A DNA stretch of 50,654 bases, from positions 1 to 50,654 of the forward strand of contig JALTLO010000109.1 in NCBI GenBank assembly GCA_027001995.1, in the 5' to 3' direction. The notes under the pieces were generated by a model. The model searched no databases, was not told the DNA's origin, and worked only from the letters and a program-made list of their open reading frames with translations. The DNA comes from Planctomycetota bacterium. GTDB taxonomy: Bacteria; Planctomycetota; GCA-002687715; DRQF01. The translations under genes were made by a program, and so were the position numbers. Below are positions 15,581 to 25,598 of the stretch, one piece after another (position 1 is the stretch's first letter; the number at the start of each line of letters is the position of its first letter).

Positions 15581-18499
15581 TTAGAGATTCACAATTTCCG
15601 TGTCTGGCTTGATCTCGACGATGCGCGACTTCACCTGGGCTTTGCCCGAAGCGTAATCGATTCGGTAGCGGCCTGGGGTCAAGGGGCCAATCGCAACATC
15701 TTGCTGGTGGACCTCGACAGAGACTTGAAACTGAGAAAGAGCACTCTTGAGAGGCTTTAGGTGCCTGTCTTTGGTGGCAATCCTCAGGGCTGACAGTCGG
15801 ACGTGTCCGGTCTTGGCGTCTTCGTTCAAACGTAGGGTGATCTTGGGGCCGGGCTTGAGCAAAGCGCTCACCCGACCTTGACTTGGATTCCAGTCAATGG
15901 TCTGGGCACGGCATCCTGGTCGATAGATCGTCAGTTCTTGAGTTTCCGCCGTCAATGGTAGGTATGCCCTTGGCTGGGAACTGAAAATGGCTCGCCGGCG
16001 ACCACCTTCTCGCTCCATCATGATGCCCAAAAACTTGGATTTTGTCCAAGGGGTCTCGTTGAGCTGAAAGTTGTAGTCGATCAAGGGGATAGCGGCGAAT
16101 TGTAGGCGCTTGGACCCACCCACCACTGAGTTGTCAGCCCTGAGGGACAATTCACGACCGGCCGCCAGGATGTCAAAACGATAGTGGGTGCCTATGCTAA
16201 TTTCGGGGAATTCGAAGAGCCCGTTGTGATTGCTGACTTGGCGAATCAGTCGTTTGCTGCCAACCTGACGCAATTGCCCGCGGACTTCTGCTAACACCCT
16301 ACCTTGCTCATTGACGATAGAAATCTCTTGCTTGTTTTTCGGTAGATTCCGATAGGGGATGGTGGTGATGTCATTGAGTTTTGCGCAGTCGAAAATCCAG
16401 GTTTCGCTTTCACCTAAGGTGACCATGGCTTCAAAAGAGCCACCTTGGATGGGGGGGAGGCGTACTGCGCCCTTGGCATCGCTCTTCACAGGGCGGCGAC
16501 AAAGATAACGTTCATGGGCGAAAATTCCTTGAGGGCGGATACGGATTTCCAACCCAGGGAGAGGTTCACCGACCTCCGACACAAATTGAATCTTCCGCCC
16601 AGGTAGATTGGGCCAAACCCATGGGCTTTGCTGGTCTTCTTTGAGGCGGAGAAATCCCCGACTCGCATGCCAAAGAAGTATGTCTTTCCCGGGATCTGGA
16701 TCGCCAACATAGAGACCTGGACGTGGGCCTTCTCGAACCACAGCGATGGCTGGGTCTAAGGCCGGAGGGATGGAAGACATTGAGAGCTGGCCATTAGAAT
16801 TACTGCTGGCCCAAGAACTCGGACCAGAATGTCCCAAGCGTATGGCCACAACCTTATCTATGGGAGAACCGTTTTGATCTACGATCTCTGCTTCCCGAAT
16901 GGACATGGGTTGGCTGATCCACATGGGAATGTTGTTTTCGTCGAATTGTCCTTTTAGGGCGAGAGCGACTTTTTGAAAGCGGGGAACTTTCATGAGGGTT
17001 CCATCTTCGAATTGGAATTCGAGGACCACATTCGCCGATTGTGGGTTGATGTCAAGGATTGGGAAACGGAGGTTTCCATCGATGACTTGGGGGAGTTCGC
17101 AAGTCCACTCGCGAAAGTTGCGCCCCTGGAATCGAATTCGGGCTTGGACGTGGGCCAAGGGGCCTCCATGACGGGTGTCGAACAATTGAAAGTTGCACCA
17201 GCGTTGCACATGGGGTGGTCCCAGGTGAGCTTGAGACTCCCGCAAACGTAAGTACCAAGTTAAATCTGAACTGGCGTCGTACACTGGGATTCCTACACCG
17301 GGCAACCAAGGTCCTGGCCTTTGGATGTGATCAATATCTTTGGAAGTCAGTTTTATGCCCAGGCCATTGCGGACGGGGCCTTGGAATCGCAGATCTTGGT
17401 CCGTGAGTCTGAGGTCTATGTCCTGAAGCAAGCGAATGTGGTGACGGTGGACTTTTGAATCCATGTGGTTTGCGATGATCTGGCTGCGGCCCGGAAACTT
17501 GCGGGAGGTGAAGGAAATAGTCAATAGGCCCGGCTCAGTCATGGGCACAGTGAATTTTCCACCATCAGTTGTTTGCACCCTGAAGGCATCTGGGCCCATG
17601 GTTCTTAGATGGTGGTCATAAGCCGAGAGACCCAAGAAATTCGAGGCTGGTCCGCTTAACACGGGTTGCACTGAAACTTCTAATTCGGTGTTGGCCCCAG
17701 TGATTTCAGGAAGTAGGGAAACTTGACCGCGGACGGCCAGAAGGCTTGCTGGAGGTTTCGGCCGTGGATTGTTGGCCGGGTTCACTTTTTCGACTTTCTG
17801 TGTTTTCGTTCGGCGGGGACTATGGGGCTGTGGCTGAACCCAAGTGGCTTGCTCGACCATGGGAATGACCTCTTCATCGTCAAGCAGGTAGCTCAGGGAC
17901 ACCACAGCCACAATGGTAGCGGCGATGGCACCTGAGACTTGGAGTAGGGTAGTCGTGATGGTTCCACGGTCGGCTAAACCTGGGCAGAAGATGGCAAGAG
18001 CCCGTAGCCGTTTATCCTTTTCGTTGACACCGAGTTTTTCTCTTAAGAGTACAAGGGCTCTTTTGAGTTGGCTTCGGATTGTGGCTGGATTTTCGTCCAA
18101 ATACTGAGCGATTTCTCGGGGTGGCATGTCTGACAAAAAGCGAAGCAAGAGGACTTTGCGATAGGGCGCCTGTAATTCCAACATGGCATCCAAGAGTTGC
18201 CGCCGCAGGGATGCTCGGGCCACGATGTCAACGGTGGATTCTGTTTCTTCCGCCCGTGATGACAGGCGTTCTCTTCTACGTCTAGCGCTGTCCCGGCGAA
18301 ACTGGTTGACGGAGACGTGACGAAGAACTCCCATGAGCCAGGACTTATCGGAGTTGGCCCGGCGCTGAGGTGCTTCCAAGACGGCCAACCAAACATCTTG
18401 CAGAAGATCATCTGCATCGGTGTCGTTCGCTGATCGAGAACGGGCCGCTTGGCGCAGCTCTTGTTCGTGGATGAGGAATGGATCGAGTTCATGTTTCAT
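15581..18499 (-). CDS. ECF sigma factor fused to a TM helix and a ~750-aa extracytoplasmic domain
   Basis: Region 2 ADDLLQDVW and SWLMGV; region 4 REIAQYLDENPATIRSQLKRA; TM VSGAIAATIVAVVSLSYLL. AGGAG RBS supports start ATG 18499. Confidence 0.85.
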   Translation of the reverse strand: MKHELDPFLIHEQELRQAARSRSANDTDADDLLQDVWLAVLEAPQRRANSDKSWLMGVLRHVSVNQFRRDSARRRRERLSSRAEETESTVDIVARASLRRQLLDAMLELQAPYRKVLLLRFLSDMPPREIAQYLDENPATIRSQLKRALVLLREKLGVNEKDKRLRALAIFCPGLADRGTITTTLLQVSGAIAATIVAVVSLSYLLDDEEVIPMVEQATWVQPQPHSPRRTKTQKVEKVNPANNPRPKPPASLLAVRGQVSLLPEITGANTELEVSVQPVLSGPASNFLGLSAYDHHLRTMGPDAFRVQTTDGGKFTVPMTEPGLLTISFTSRKFPGRSQIIANHMDSKVHRHHIRLLQDIDLRLTDQDLRFQGPVRNGLGIKLTSKDIDHIQRPGPWLPGVGIPVYDASSDLTWYLRLRESQAHLGPPHVQRWCNFQLFDTRHGGPLAHVQARIRFQGRNFREWTCELPQVIDGNLRFPILDINPQSANVVLEFQFEDGTLMKVPRFQKVALALKGQFDENNIPMWISQPMSIREAEIVDQNGSPIDKVVAIRLGHSGPSSWASSNSNGQLSMSSIPPALDPAIAVVREGPRPGLYVGDPDPGKDILLWHASRGFLRLKEDQQSPWVWPNLPGRKIQFVSEVGEPLPGLEIRIRPQGIFAHERYLCRRPVKSDAKGAVRLPPIQGGSFEAMVTLGESETWIFDCAKLNDITTIPYRNLPKNKQEISIVNEQGRVLAEVRGQLRQVGSKRLIRQVSNHNGLFEFPEISIGTHYRFDILAAGRELSLRADNSVVGGSKRLQFAAIPLIDYNFQLNETPWTKSKFLGIMMEREGGRRRAIFSSQPRAYLPLTAETQELTIYRPGCRAQTIDWNPSQGRVSALLKPGPKITLRLNEDAKTGHVRLSALRIATKDRHLKPLKSALSQFQVSVEVHQQDVAIGPLTPGRYRIDYASGKAQVKSRIVEIKPDTEIVNL

Positions 18500-18521
18500 T
18501 TTGGTTGGACTCCTTTCTAAC

Positions 18522-18550
18522 CTGTCGAAGCCCAATTGCAGAACGTTTCA
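18522..18550 (-). promoter_or_regulatory. Putative autoregulatory ECF promoter
   Basis: tGAAACgttctgcaattgggcttCGACag (GAAAC-N17-CGAC), just upstream of the RBS. Confidence 0.55.
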
Positions 18551-18602
18551 TCCATTTTGAAAATTGTTTTGTGGAGCCGCAATGAGGTGAGGGGCCCTTG
18601 GG

Positions 18603-19874
18603 TCATGAACAAGAGGTCGAAAGGTGGCTCACGAGTTTGCCGTTCTTCACCACAGCTCGGACAGGGTTGTCACCGAATTTGTAGGGCAGAAAAGCGGCAT
18701 TGGGGGCATCAACGCCGATGATGTCCGCTCGCATGCCAGCTTTGAGTTGTCCTCGATCTTGATCTAACCCTAAGGTGTAGGCGGCGTTGACTGTGACGGC
18801 GGTAATCGCTTCCGCAGCGGTGATACCGTAGGGGGTGCAGGCAATGGTCATGATCATGAAGAGGGACTGGGTGTGACAAGATCCGGGGTTGAAATCCGTG
18901 GCCAAGGCCACAGCCACACCTGCGTCGATCATCTTGCGCCCAGGAGCACGGCAGTCCAAGTTGAGGAAGAACGATGTGCCCGGGAGGAGGGTGGCGACCA
19001 CTTTGGCGTCGCGCATTCTTTCGATTCCCAGAGGGCTGATGGCTCCAAGGTGATCTGCGGATAGGGCGCCGACTTCCGCAGCAAGTTCTGCCCCTCCGGT
19101 GCTTTCAATTTCGTCCGCATGGATCCGAATTTCCATGCCATGTTGTTTGGCTGCGTTGAGGATGCGCCTTGATTCTTCGACGGTGAAGACGTGAGCCTCG
19201 CAGAAAACATCACAGAAGCGGGCTAACTTTTCTTTCGCTACCGCTGGGATCATTTCCTGGATAATGAGGTCGATGTATGCGTTGCGGTCTTCACGATACT
19301 CGTCGGGGATTTCATGGGCACCGAGAAAAGTCGGCTCAAGGTCTATAACGTGATTCTCGTTGGTCCGGCGGATGGCCCGGAGAGATTTTATTTCGTCCTC
19401 GGTGCTGAGACCGTAGCCGCTTTTGGCTTCGATTGTGGTGGTGCCTAGAGCCAAGAATCCATCTGCACGCTTGAGGGCTAATTCTGTCAGCTCGTCTTCG
19501 GAAGCCTGACGCAATGATCGGACCGATGAACGAATGCCGCCCCCGGCCAAAGCAATTTCGACGTAGGATTTGCCCAGATTCCTCATTTGAAATTCGTTTT
19601 CGCGAGTTGCCAGGAAAATGGGGTGGGTATGGGGGTCAATCAAACCGGGCATGACCAGACGATCGCCCCAGTCCAATACGTTTTCGCTGCTATAGCTCTC
19701 CAGAATGTCGGCGACTGGCCCAATGGCCGTGATTCGATCTTCGGTGATGGCGATGGCTTGATTCTGCTTGACGGTCAGTTCGTCCATGGAGGCACCACAA
19801 CGAGGCCCAGGCTGCTCTTGGGCCAAAGTGAGCCAATCTCCCCGACTCTTGATGATCATATCTACCTTCTGCAT
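18603..19874 (-). CDS. hutI: Imidazolonepropionase
   Basis: PGLIDPHTH, GGGIRSSV, GTTTIEAKSGYGL, FLGAH, DVFCE, HADE, ATDFNPG. Confidence 0.96.
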   Translation of the reverse strand: MQKVDMIIKSRGDWLTLAQEQPGPRCGASMDELTVKQNQAIAITEDRITAIGPVADILESYSSENVLDWGDRLVMPGLIDPHTHPIFLATRENEFQMRNLGKSYVEIALAGGGIRSSVRSLRQASEDELTELALKRADGFLALGTTTIEAKSGYGLSTEDEIKSLRAIRRTNENHVIDLEPTFLGAHEIPDEYREDRNAYIDLIIQEMIPAVAKEKLARFCDVFCEAHVFTVEESRRILNAAKQHGMEIRIHADEIESTGGAELAAEVGALSADHLGAISPLGIERMRDAKVVATLLPGTSFFLNLDCRAPGRKMIDAGVAVALATDFNPGSCHTQSLFMIMTIACTPYGITAAEAITAVTVNAAYTLGLDQDRGQLKAGMRADIIGVDAPNAAFLPYKFGDNPVRAVVKNGKLVSHLSTSCS

Positions 19875-20050
19875 GGCAATCTCCGGTCCTGTGGTCGGGT
19901 TTAGCCCTTGGCAAACGGGCCAATGGCGCAGCTCAGTTTATTGCACGGTGACCAGAGCACCAACTCTTTGGCGAATGGAGGCCATCTGGTGTAGAGTGGG
20001 GAAGGAATGGCTTCAGGATAGCCGTTGTTTTCCCGGTGTGAGGGTAAGTT

Positions 20051-21043
20051 GTGGCCAAGAACAGGTTTTCAATGGATGCTGTTTTTCTCGTCGGTCTCCT
20101 TGCTCTAAGCAGCTGTGGGGGAGAGCCTGGGAAGTTGGTGGTCTTGAAGCGCCGGGAGCCGGTGACACTTCTGACTCAGGGAACCGCTTTGACGGAATCC
20201 GAAGTTCAAAGACGCAACGAAGAGCGCGTTGCTAAATCAGCGCGGGTTGAAACCAGCCGAAAGCTGCGGCGTGCCCGATCGGACCTTGGAGCGGCGAAGG
20301 ACGTTGAGGCAACGGTTCGAGCCCTCAGTCGTCTTGGCCGCCTGGGGTCAGCGGCTCTACCTGCTTTGGAGGAGATCGAACCTTTCTTAACCCACAAGGA
20401 CAGCGACATCCGCTTGATGGCTCTTGGGGCTTTTGCTGCCATTGACCCAGAGCAGGGAAAGCGCCATTTGAGAAAAGGAAGAGAAGACAAAAACCCATTG
20501 GTTCGCCGAGACGTGACGACATTGTGGGCCAAGTACTACCCAGAGTTGGTGGGGGAGTTGGTCCTTCTTTTGGAGGATGAGGATGGGCGGGTGCAGTATG
20601 AAGTTCTCCAAGCCCTATCTCTGGGTAAGCCAAGTGTGGCCACCTTGAGAAAAGTCGCTAAGTCAGTGGAGGACTTGGACGGATCCAGTGCAAAAGCCGC
20701 CCTCAAGTTGATTTTGCCTCGGCGCAAGGAAGTGCCTGAGTTCGACGAGATGGTGGAGATGCTCTTGGACCACCAGGATGAAACCACACGACTCAAGACA
20801 ACCCAGGATCTCTTGAGGGCGAAAGTGATGGATAAGCGTCTCGCGGCCAAAGCTGTCCAACTGATCTTGGAGGATCCGTCATCTGCGGTACGCCAGGGAA
20901 GCTTCCAGTGGTTGAAGAGCCTGACTCCCAGGCCCTTGCCTGCCATAGACCCAACTGCAAGCGATGAGATTCGCATGGAAAGTTATGATGCATTCGAGGC
21001 TTATTTGAAGTCAACATCGACCATGTGGCGCAAAAACGAATAG
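20051..21043 (+). CDS. HEAT-repeat lipoprotein
   Basis: LSSC lipobox; HEAT-like L.D.D..VR repeats. Confidence 0.7.
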   Translation: MAKNRFSMDAVFLVGLLALSSCGGEPGKLVVLKRREPVTLLTQGTALTESEVQRRNEERVAKSARVETSRKLRRARSDLGAAKDVEATVRALSRLGRLGSAALPALEEIEPFLTHKDSDIRLMALGAFAAIDPEQGKRHLRKGREDKNPLVRRDVTTLWAKYYPELVGELVLLLEDEDGRVQYEVLQALSLGKPSVATLRKVAKSVEDLDGSSAKAALKLILPRRKEVPEFDEMVEMLLDHQDETTRLKTTQDLLRAKVMDKRLAAKAVQLILEDPSSAVRQGSFQWLKSLTPRPLPAIDPTASDEIRMESYDAFEAYLKSTSTMWRKNE

Positions 21044-21219
21044 CACTTAAGTCACTTTATCAAGAACATTTATGTCATTTGGGCCGACACTTGGCAGATT
21101 CTTCTTTGGTTTGAATATTCTTCCGGCCGATCTTCCATAATAGAACGTCTATAAGATTCGCAGCAAGTATCGTAGATTCTAATGCGAGTAGCGCTTTTCT
21201 CATTCGGAGTTCCAATCGC

Positions 21220-22497
21220 TTGGACGACAGTACGGCCCTTATTTTTGGCATCATTGCAGGTACGGGATTCATCTTTGGGCAGGCCGCAGAAGGGGCTTTG
21301 CTGACTTACAGCCACAGTAAGCTCGAGAAAATTCTTGGGGATGAAGAGCGCATTACGGATATCAGCGCGCGTTTGAAAGACTTCGATGGTCACGCCCTGG
21401 CCTTGTCTATCTTTAACTCCGTCACCCTCATCGTTTCTGCCTGTGGTTTGCTTCTCGGTAGTGCTTTTTCTGGGGTTGGGGGTCGTCTTGACTTCTCCAC
21501 CCTCAGTCTATTTATCCTCGCGGTGGTGATCGTCCCCAAGGGGCTGGTTCGTACAACCGTAGCCAGAGCCCCAGAACGGGTGTTACTCAGCCTGTTGGGA
21601 TTCATTTGCGTCATCACCAAAGTCTTTCAACCCATTACCATCCCTCTTGGCATTTTTGGGGTTTTCATGGGTCGACTCTTTGGTGGCCATGAAGTTCCAA
21701 CGGAAGAAGAAGATGCGGTGGAGGAAATTCTGGACGCTGTCTCAGAGGGTGAAGCCGAAGGAATCTTGGGCGAAAACGCCGCTGACTACATCGAGAACAT
21801 CATGGAGTCTCGGGATCGAATTGCCCGGGAGATCATGACTCCGCGCCCCTCCCTCCTCTGCGCTCAGTATGACATGAGCCTGGAAGATGCCCTGAAAACC
21901 TTGGGAGAGCACGGCCATTCTCGGATTCCTATCTACAAAGACAACCGGGATCAGATTGTTGGTGTTCTTTATTTCAAGGACGTCCTGCGCCATCTGGCAA
22001 AATTGCAAGCTGGCGAGCTGGCTTGGACTGAAATCCTTAGGCCACCCTTGTTCATTCCAGAAACCAAGAAGATCAACGAACTCCTCAAATTGCTCCAAGC
22101 AGAGAAGATTCATATTGCCATCGTCTTGGATGAATTCGGCGGGACCGCCGGTATTGTCACCGTTGAAGACATTCTCGAAGAAATTGTTGGCGAGCTTCAG
22201 GACGAATTTGACTTAGACGACGAAATCGAAATTGGCGAGGTCTTGGAGAACACCGTTGTGGTGGATGCCAAGCTCCCCATTGACGATTTGAACGAAAAAC
22301 TCGACCTAAGGATTCCTGATACAGGTGAGTACGATACGGTGGGTGGCTTCTTGGCCAGCCAACTGGGGAAAGTACCAGCCATGGGAGAAGAAGTGGAGAT
22401 GGAAGGCGTCCACTTCGAAGTCACGGAAGCTGATGATCGGAAAGTGAAACGAGTTCGCTTAACCCTCGAACCTGTGGAAGATGAATCGCCTTCCTAA
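21220..22497 (+). CDS. Hemolysin-family / CorC-HlyC CBS-domain membrane protein
   Basis: N-terminal DUF21-like TM region; AREIMTPR, HSRIPIY, VLDEFGGTAGIVTVEDILEEIVGE; CorC C-terminal YDTVGGF. Confidence 0.9.
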   Translation: MDDSTALIFGIIAGTGFIFGQAAEGALLTYSHSKLEKILGDEERITDISARLKDFDGHALALSIFNSVTLIVSACGLLLGSAFSGVGGRLDFSTLSLFILAVVIVPKGLVRTTVARAPERVLLSLLGFICVITKVFQPITIPLGIFGVFMGRLFGGHEVPTEEEDAVEEILDAVSEGEAEGILGENAADYIENIMESRDRIAREIMTPRPSLLCAQYDMSLEDALKTLGEHGHSRIPIYKDNRDQIVGVLYFKDVLRHLAKLQAGELAWTEILRPPLFIPETKKINELLKLLQAEKIHIAIVLDEFGGTAGIVTVEDILEEIVGELQDEFDLDDEIEIGEVLENTVVVDAKLPIDDLNEKLDLRIPDTGEYDTVGGFLASQLGKVPAMGEEVEMEGVHFEVTEADDRKVKRVRLTLEPVEDESPS

Positions 22498-22546
22498 CCC
22501 GACTCATCCATGAGATCGGTCCCGAGGTCACGAATCATTCGGGTTA
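22495..22546. mobile_element. Internally deleted MITE-like element, copy 2 (inverted relative to copy 1)
   Basis: TA-ACCCGA...TCGGGT-TA ends; both arms match the arms of 3552-3658. The left TA is part of the hemolysin stop codon. Confidence 0.55.
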
Positions 22547-22712
22547 AGCCCCCGGGTTTACAAGGGACTCGATCTTCACAAACTCTGGCAATCTGCCAAG
22601 AATAGGACAAACGGGCTGAATGTACTGAGCTTAGGGTCAGCACAACGCCCCAATCGCATGAATCGAAGAGGTGACCCAAGCGAAACGTCCCGCAAGGCAG
22701 TATAGTGCAGTC

Positions 22713-23537
22713 ATGGCTTTTACTGAGCACCAAACTATTGGCCTTGTCTTGCGCCGATTTGACTATGGGGAAACCAGTCAGATCGGCCACCTGCTCACTC
22801 CGGATGCGGGCCGCATTTCCGTTTTGGCCAAAGGCATCAAAAAGCCGAATTCTTATCTTAAAGGTCCTTTTGACCTCTTCCAGTTGGCGAAGATTACCTA
22901 CCGATCGAGCCAAGGGAGCGCCCTTGGGTTGTTGCAACGCTATGAGCCCATGACCGGTTTTCCCAAGATGCGGAAGAAGCTTGGAAGCCTTCTCTCAGCC
23001 TTTTACCTCGCCGATATTCTCTATCAAAGCGTCCGGGAGGAAGACCCGAACCACCCAGCATTCGAGGTGCTGATGCGAGCCTTCGGTGCTCTTGATGCCA
23101 GTAAGGAGACGGCTGCTCGTCCCATTGTTCTCGCTTCGGAATTTGCTTTGCTCCAGGCCATTGGATTCGCCGTTGAAGTGGAGAAGTGCGTCCGCTGCCA
23201 GTCTGCGCCGACGAAGGAGACGATGGCAATCTACCCCCAGGAGGGGGGCTATGTTTGCTCTCGGTGCCCAAGTCCTGGCTCTGAACCGGTGGTTGTTGAC
23301 CCTGACCATATTCGTTTGCTCATTCTCTTAGGGAGTCATGGACCAGTGGAAGCGGCGGAAATCCCACTTTCTCGCCGCCAACATCGATCCTTGCGTGGCC
23401 TCATGGCCAGGATCTTCCTTGGAATCTTTGAGAAACCCATTCTGAGTGAGCCCTTTGCTCTCGACCCTCAATGGGGGTTCTTGGAAAAGGATGTCAAGAA
23501 GATCGCACCTTCGGTTTCATCCGATGCCTCTCGATAG
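22713..23537 (+). CDS. recO: DNA repair protein RecO
   Basis: GLVLRRFDYGETSQI..LT...GRI..LAKG; Zn finger CVRC...CSRC. Start is ATG 22713. Confidence 0.92.
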   Translation: MAFTEHQTIGLVLRRFDYGETSQIGHLLTPDAGRISVLAKGIKKPNSYLKGPFDLFQLAKITYRSSQGSALGLLQRYEPMTGFPKMRKKLGSLLSAFYLADILYQSVREEDPNHPAFEVLMRAFGALDASKETAARPIVLASEFALLQAIGFAVEVEKCVRCQSAPTKETMAIYPQEGGYVCSRCPSPGSEPVVVDPDHIRLLILLGSHGPVEAAEIPLSRRQHRSLRGLMARIFLGIFEKPILSEPFALDPQWGFLEKDVKKIAPSVSSDASR

Positions 23538-23665
23538 ATTCTCGGCGACAATTCCAGTGTCAGAAAGACCTGCTCAACTGAGTTGATCTCGTACCCCTAT
23601 AGCAGTAGGATTCAAATGATCATCTTTTGGAATTCTAAGGTCCTTCCTGTAAAGGGTTTAGGAAA

Positions 23666-24772
23666 ATGCAACAGGCTCAATCGGCCCGCTCCCATGGGGC
23701 CAAGCTCATTCTTGTGGTGTTCGCGACTGCACTTTTAACGAGCTGTGGTTCGTTTGGGCGCAAGTTCAACCAAGCCTTGCCCGATTTTCTCCGCTCAGAT
23801 CCTGGGGCGGACGAGCTTGAGCGCTATCAGGCAAGAATCCGCATCCTCAACCGCTCCAAAGAAGAGACCCGTCATGCACAGGAGGCATTTGATGAAGCCA
23901 AGAGCATCCATGACGCAGGAAACCACGAGCAAGCAGCGGTGGCGTTAGAGCTCTACTTAGAAGACTTTCCCGATACGGTGAACGATCGTTTGGCACGTCA
24001 TCTTCTTATTCTTAGTTATCTCGAATTGGAAGAAGCCACCGATGCTCGCAATGGCATCAAGGAGTTCGTCCGCCTCTATCCGATTTCCGAGCTCAATGAA
24101 GAGATTGAGGCGAGTGCTTGGCGTTTGGCCAACGAATACTTGGAAGGTAAGCATAGCTGGTTCATCTTCAATTTGGAGAGTGATGGTGTTGCCCTTCTAC
24201 GGTTGATCGTTACCAATTTCCCCAATGGCCATTTCGCTGACGAGGCTCAATGGAAACTGGGGAACTACCTTTTTGATCAAGATAACTTCATCGAAGCGGA
24301 AGCTGCCTATGCCACCATCGTCGAGCGCTATCATCGTTCTGTTTGGGCTCCTCGAGCTTTGTTTAATCAAGGCCTTTGTCGCTTGGCCATGTGTAAGGGG
24401 CCAGCCTACGACCAAGAGAACATGCATGAAGGTATTCGGCTGTTTGAGCGCTATAAGAGTGAGTTTCCCGAGGATGAGCGGCGGGAAGAGGCGGATCAAC
24501 ATATAGCCTTTTTCGTCAATACTCTGGCCCAAAAGCAAGTGTCCATCGCCAATTGGTACATCGGTCAGGGTCACAATGGAGCAGCCCGATTCTTCTTACG
24601 CCGATGTATTCGAGACTATCCTGATTCGGAAGCTGCCAAAGAGGCTGAAGCAATCATAGGGACTCTTCCGGATCCAAGCGAAGACAAGTTCTTCGACGAG
24701 TTGGAGAATCTGAAGAACGCTGAACGTGCACCCACACCCGAACCTTCTGGGCATTCCTCTCATGGTCACTAA
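23666..24772 (+). CDS. bamD: Outer membrane protein assembly factor BamD
   Basis: LTSC lipobox; YfiO-type TPR motifs (YDQE..EG...F..Y...FP, LAQKQVSIANWY, DYPDSEAA); sits before lptE. Confidence 0.82.
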   Translation: MQQAQSARSHGAKLILVVFATALLTSCGSFGRKFNQALPDFLRSDPGADELERYQARIRILNRSKEETRHAQEAFDEAKSIHDAGNHEQAAVALELYLEDFPDTVNDRLARHLLILSYLELEEATDARNGIKEFVRLYPISELNEEIEASAWRLANEYLEGKHSWFIFNLESDGVALLRLIVTNFPNGHFADEAQWKLGNYLFDQDNFIEAEAAYATIVERYHRSVWAPRALFNQGLCRLAMCKGPAYDQENMHEGIRLFERYKSEFPEDERREEADQHIAFFVNTLAQKQVSIANWYIGQGHNGAARFFLRRCIRDYPDSEAAKEAEAIIGTLPDPSEDKFFDELENLKNAERAPTPEPSGHSSHGH

Positions 24773-25307
24773 GAACTCATTGGCTTTTATGGTCCTGGCT
24801 TTGACGCTATTGAGCAGTTGTGGTTACACCACCCGTTCTCTTTTGCCAGCCGGGGTGAACAATATTGCCGTTGATGTCTTTGGTAATGACACTTTTTACC
24901 GGGAGATCGAGTTTCAACTGACCCGGGAGATCACCGCAGAGCTTAATCAGCGAGCACCGGTTCGCGTAACACGCAGACGGAATGCCGACGCTATCTTGAC
25001 TGGGCGAATCGTGAGCGTTTCCCGGCCGACTTTGGTGGAATCGAATCGCAATCTGGTCTCTGAACAGGCCGTTGTCGTGCAGGCCCTCGTGGAGTTGCGC
25101 AGTGCAAAGACCGGCAAGGTTCTCATTTCGTTTCAAAGAGCTAACCGGGCGGAGTTCATCGTCGAACGTGGGGAAAGCCTGGAAACGGCCTTCGACGAAG
25201 CTCTAAGAGATTTGGCAGAAGACATCGTCAATAAGCTTGAGCGCCAGAGTTTCTTGCGAGATCTTGAAGAAATCCGAGCTCAAAGCTCGGAAGTCGAGTC
25301 TAACTAA
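24762..25307 (+). CDS. lptE: LPS assembly lipoprotein LptE
   Basis: LSSCGY lipobox, IAVDVFGNDT..REIE..LT, ADAILTGRI. Confidence 0.8.
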   Translation: MVTKNSLAFMVLALTLLSSCGYTTRSLLPAGVNNIAVDVFGNDTFYREIEFQLTREITAELNQRAPVRVTRRRNADAILTGRIVSVSRPTLVESNRNLVSEQAVVVQALVELRSAKTGKVLISFQRANRAEFIVERGESLETAFDEALRDLAEDIVNKLERQSFLRDLEEIRAQSSEVESN

Positions 25308-25598
25308 GGACATAGGCTCTTCTTGATCTCGGCGTGGGGGAAATTCCCCAGCCCATTGGGAGGGTGCCGACGAACGTCGTGACTTTCTTTTTCCTCTTCA
25401 TCGCATCAGTTAAGATTCCCCACGTCAAAGATGCGGGCTGTTTAAGGCAAACATTTCTGCTCTCAAATGTCATTTGGGGGAGGTGTTTTTTGGACAGCGG
25501 TACTTCAGACTTCGTATTGATCCTGTGGCGGGATACCTTCAAACCCGCGCAGCAGTAAGAATCGGACTCCGTCGATTTACGGGGACCAGGAGTTTTTC

